Assembly (NCBI GenBank): GCA_051530055.1
Contig: CM121342.1
Coordinates: 3,843,489 to 3,907,488, forward strand
Length of the DNA: 64,000 bases
Origin: Neoechinorhynchus agilis
Lineage: Eukaryota; Animalia; Acanthocephala
Reading direction: 5' to 3'
Shown: positions 60,403-64,000 of the stretch, in pieces
How positions within the stretch are numbered: position 1 is the stretch's first letter
Layout: each line of letters opens with the position of its first letter
Notes under the pieces: generated by a model
Told to the model about the DNA's origin: nothing
The model's database searches: none
Seen by the model: the letters and a program-made list of their open reading frames with translations, nothing else
Made by a program: the position numbers and the translations under genes

Positions 60403-62124
60403 ATGTCAAATAGATTACCTGAAGTAGTGTTCGATCCAGAAAGCGGCACATTTCACATCCCAAGTTACCAATTACCAGATGGTACGTGGACGCAGGAGCT
60501 CGTTGGTCAACCAGAAATCATTAATGAGAGCTCCGAGAAATCAACAAAAGGAAACGATTCGGATGGTGTAAGAATAAGTTCAGCTAACACAATAATTCCT
60601 TCCGACACGGAGAGAGAGCTGGGACTTTATTCTGACCGAAATCGCGATATTGAGCGAAATATAAATTGTCTAATTGATGGAAGTAATGATGTACAAGATA
60701 CCAAGGAACACGAAAACGATAGTCCTGTAACTATGGCAGTTGATGTTTGTGTTGAGTGCAACGATGGGTCCGATGAGTCCGAATATTGCAGTGACTGCGA
60801 ACGCAACAAAAAATGCAACTTTCAAATCGATAATGCCCCGGATACACAGACTTCAAATGATAACAATAATATGGTTCATCGATCAAAATCTAATCAAATT
60901 GAAGACGAAATTCCGCCCAACCAGAAAACTAATATTTCTCATGAATTTGTTGGACACAGGCCGCCGCCGGCGCATTTTCGAGATCTGCAAAACCAACAAA
61001 GGAGGGATGCCAAAAATGAAACGGAACGATCAGATACTCCAAGAAGCAGAACAGTTAATCGACCGAACTCGAATCGCAATCAATTCTTTGCCGATCGATT
61101 GGGTGAGCGAGGTGAATCATCGGGACCAAGATTTCAGAACCAGAGACCGCATGATCAAGTTCATTCTAAAAATCAATACTCTAATCATCGACAAAACGAT
61201 AATAATAGTCATCAGCAAGATTGTAGATTAAATTATAACCCAAGGGATAATGGGGAACGAAGGTCACGTTGGCAGGACTCTACAACGAGACAACAACATT
61301 ATAACCAGAGGCAGTTCCCGATGAACCGGCAGCATTCAAATCGCGACGATCGAATGTACGAGCGAGATTATCGAGCACGGAATTACCTGGAAGGCCGACA
61401 AGAAGTTTACTACAATCGCAACACTGAACCGAGCCGAAACGAATGCGACGAAAAATCCAATTCTCGAATTGATAATGCTGTTGATACACAGAATTTAAAT
61501 GATGACAAAAATACGGCTCATCGATCAAAATCGAACCAAAATGAACAGCGAATTCCGGCTAACCAGCAAACCGATGTTTCTCATGAATCTGCTGAACACA
61601 GTCCACCGTCGGCGCATTGTCGAGATTCACAAAGCCAACAAAGGAGGGATGTCCAAAATGAGACGGAACGATTAGATACTCCAAGAAGCAGAACAGTTCA
61701 GCCACCGAACTCTAATCGCAATCAATTCATTGCCGATCGATTTGGCGAGCGAGATGAATCCTCACGACCGAGATTTCAAACCCAAAGACCGCTGGATCAA
61801 GTTCGTTCTAGAAATCAATACTCTAATCATCGACAAAACGATAATAATAGACATCGGCAAGATGGTAGATTAAATTTCAACTCTAGGGATAATGGCGAAC
61901 GAAGGTCACGTTGGCAGGACTCTACAACGAGACAACAACATTATAACACGAGGCAGTTCCCGATGAACCGGCAGCATTCAAATCGCGACGATCGAATGTA
62001 CGAGCGAGATTATCGAGTACGGAATTACCAGGAAGGCCGACAAGACGTTTACTACAATCGCGACACGGAACAGAGCCGAAATAGAAACTTCAGTAAATCA
62101 CGGAGCTTTTACAGTAGAAGATAA
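60403..62124 (+). CDS. Low-complexity R/N/Q/D/S-rich protein with an internal ~210-aa tandem duplication
   Basis: 573-aa ORF preceded by TTTTAG. RSRWQDSTTRQQHYN..FPMNRQHSNRDDRMYERDYR occurs twice. CxxC..CxxC precedes the first repeat. Confidence 0.75.
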   Translation: MSNRLPEVVFDPESGTFHIPSYQLPDGTWTQELVGQPEIINESSEKSTKGNDSDGVRISSANTIIPSDTERELGLYSDRNRDIERNINCLIDGSNDVQDTKEHENDSPVTMAVDVCVECNDGSDESEYCSDCERNKKCNFQIDNAPDTQTSNDNNNMVHRSKSNQIEDEIPPNQKTNISHEFVGHRPPPAHFRDLQNQQRRDAKNETERSDTPRSRTVNRPNSNRNQFFADRLGERGESSGPRFQNQRPHDQVHSKNQYSNHRQNDNNSHQQDCRLNYNPRDNGERRSRWQDSTTRQQHYNQRQFPMNRQHSNRDDRMYERDYRARNYLEGRQEVYYNRNTEPSRNECDEKSNSRIDNAVDTQNLNDDKNTAHRSKSNQNEQRIPANQQTDVSHESAEHSPPSAHCRDSQSQQRRDVQNETERLDTPRSRTVQPPNSNRNQFIADRFGERDESSRPRFQTQRPLDQVRSRNQYSNHRQNDNNRHRQDGRLNFNSRDNGERRSRWQDSTTRQQHYNTRQFPMNRQHSNRDDRMYERDYRVRNYQEGRQDVYYNRDTEQSRNRNFSKSRSFYSRR

Positions 62125-62879
62125 TGTTGAAAAGCCGACGATTATGGTCTTATTACAAAAACGTTATAAATGCTTTATTTGTGCTTTTGTTTTAAAAAAA
62201 TTATAAAGTTTTACTTATAATTCTATTGAAAGTGAAGTGGGCATTGGAACCGTGCCTCGATTTTCATTAAAATTCGGTAAGTAAAAGCAGACATCTTGGC
62301 ATGTATTTACTTTGAACCAAGCTTATTTATGCAGCAAATATTAATATTTACGCTTAAGATAATGAAAGTCTAGAGTAAATCGACTTCATTTGTACGAAAT
62401 TCATTACTTAAAGCTCATTTAGAGAATTTTCAGTGGTCGTTGATACTTCTAAATAATCGTTTAATACATCTCTCATGATCTCAATATTCTGAAGTTCCAT
62501 TATCCACGGCAATAAAAAATTCTAATCCATGCAGTTGACCAGTGTTATTTACTTGCGGACTGATTTAAAATGGCCGCAGAGCTAACGGATTTTTAAGTTT
62601 TTCAAATCTTTTTTAGTTCTATTTTTCGCGAAAAATCTTGATTTTTCGTAATCCTATGAATATGATCTTTTTTGTATTTGTTTGATAGTTAGGTCTAGCT
62701 GGTTAATTCGCTCTCAGAAAATAAAATTCAGGGTTTTAATCAACTAACCGAAGGAAAAAATGTGAGAGCTCGAATGGTGGCGGGCTCAAATATCCAGCTA
62801 TTTCATCGGGCCGTAGCAGTACCTTTTGACATTGTATCGCGGAACATATTTGAGCAGTTGCTTTTCGATTTAAAGAATC

Positions 62880-63310
62880 CATCGACGCAGAAAAACTCGT
62901 AATTTGGTTTGGAATTTACTTGAAACATAAATTTAAAAAAGAATTGCTGGCACTGATTCCAACGCAAAATTTAACAAACGGCAACGATACATAAAAGACA
63001 CTGAAGGAATTTTTATCAAGCAATGATAACTATATGAGAAAGTTCTTATCGATCAATAATGTTTGGACGGAGAAAAGGCCAGATTGTGTTTTCCGAGCTT
63101 ATCATTGTATTATTCACCAGCAAACTTTGTATTAAAAACTTAAAGATGATAACCTGCAAAATATTATGTCTATTGTTGTTAAAATTGTAAACTTTATGCA
63201 AATCATTTAAATCACAAGCAGTTTTGAGACGTTGCTACAAGAATACGATAGCAATTATAGTGATTTTGTTCTGCGTGCCAAGTTCGCAAGCTGAGGAAAG
63301 ACTAACATCA
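62880..63310 (+). mobile_element. Decayed hAT (SPIN/GTF2IRD2-like) transposase fragment
   Basis: HCIIHQ, NIMSIVVKIVNF, LNHKQF and LQEYDSNYSD occur in broken frames. A related direct repeat ATGGCCGC(C)AGAGC(T/C)AACGGATTTT flanks it at ~62573 and ~63375. Confidence 0.7.
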
Positions 63311-64000
63311 AGTTGAAAAAGCGAGTGTTTTTGACGGACGAACTGATTTTATTGATTTCTTTAGAATTGTTCGCATGGCCGCCAGAGCCAACGGATTTTT
63401 TAAGTTTTTCAAATCTGTTTTAAGATTTGATTGTTCATGGCGGAAAATGTTAAGATTTTTTTAGCCGCGAATAAAACACTTAACCAACCTTGATAAAGGC
63501 ACGATATTGCTCTCTTTTATTTTTCCGCCATTTATAAACAGTGATAACATGGTTATTAAAGTACTAGATTTCGGTTTGAAACAATTTGTACAAAAAAGAT
63601 ACAAGAGTATCAAAATCCAATTTTAATTCGTAAAATCATCTCTAGAGCTATTTAGCAAAGCTTAAATAAAATGTAAACTTTTGGAGCGAAAACTCTCACT
63701 GCAGAAAACAGCTTTCTAACTTTCACTTCTATCTCGAAACAATTTACAATGACTAACGAGGCGAGGTTATCTCGCGAAATATCTCAATTAAATAAAAACG
63801 TATGTTCTCCAAGTGTTTACAATGATTAACCCGAAGGATTTTCAATCGATGCTTAAATAAAATGTGTCTCTTAATGCCTGAGGTCGACAGCGTGAAAAGC
63901 GACCCTCCAGGAGTGCTCTTAAGAGCGCAATATGAAATGGGAGGATCAAGTAGTAAGTGTCTTGAACGTTTGATTTTTTTACCTTTTTTAATGTGTTCTT

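Noticed and set aside
1-64000. Assignment to a specific animal lineage
   Set aside because: GATA, the long-rod IF and tiny introns indicate a compact-genome metazoan, but nothing here identifies the taxon without a database search.

Overview
This is eukaryotic, animal-type DNA: AT-rich and gene-dense, with short GT-AG introns of about 45-55 nt, so the ORF track shows exon fragments. Genes that can be rebuilt by hand are an NHL-repeat protein, a GH31 alpha-glucosidase with a trefoil domain, CEBPZ/NOC1, an OTU deubiquitinase, an SNX1/2-like sorting nexin, PFKFB, a two-finger GATA factor, an NT5C3-like nucleotidase, a lamin-length intermediate-filament protein ending in a PHD finger, and a few hypothetical proteins. 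About a dozen unrelated tandem arrays (units of roughly 80-400 bp) cover on the order of a fifth to a quarter of the window. There are also foldback/MITE-like palindromes and decayed CRE-, RTE-, CR1/L2- and hAT-type elements. Main finding: seven coding interruptions in six genes (56 nt to 2.5 kb) are best explained not as GT-AG introns but as segments closed by a gene-specific terminal inverted repeat and flanked by a short direct repeat that usually contains TA. The 5' and 3' spacers are asymmetric and follow transcription direction. Exact removal restores conserved protein motifs. This suggests a second, structure-defined class of intron (or TA-bounded eliminated DNA) alongside ordinary spliceosomal introns. 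Second finding: a ~187-bp tandem array combines tRNA-type Pol III A/B boxes with all three hammerhead-ribozyme strands in a non-canonical order. All alignments were done by eye from remembered homologues and no searches were run. Coordinates of repeats are approximate.
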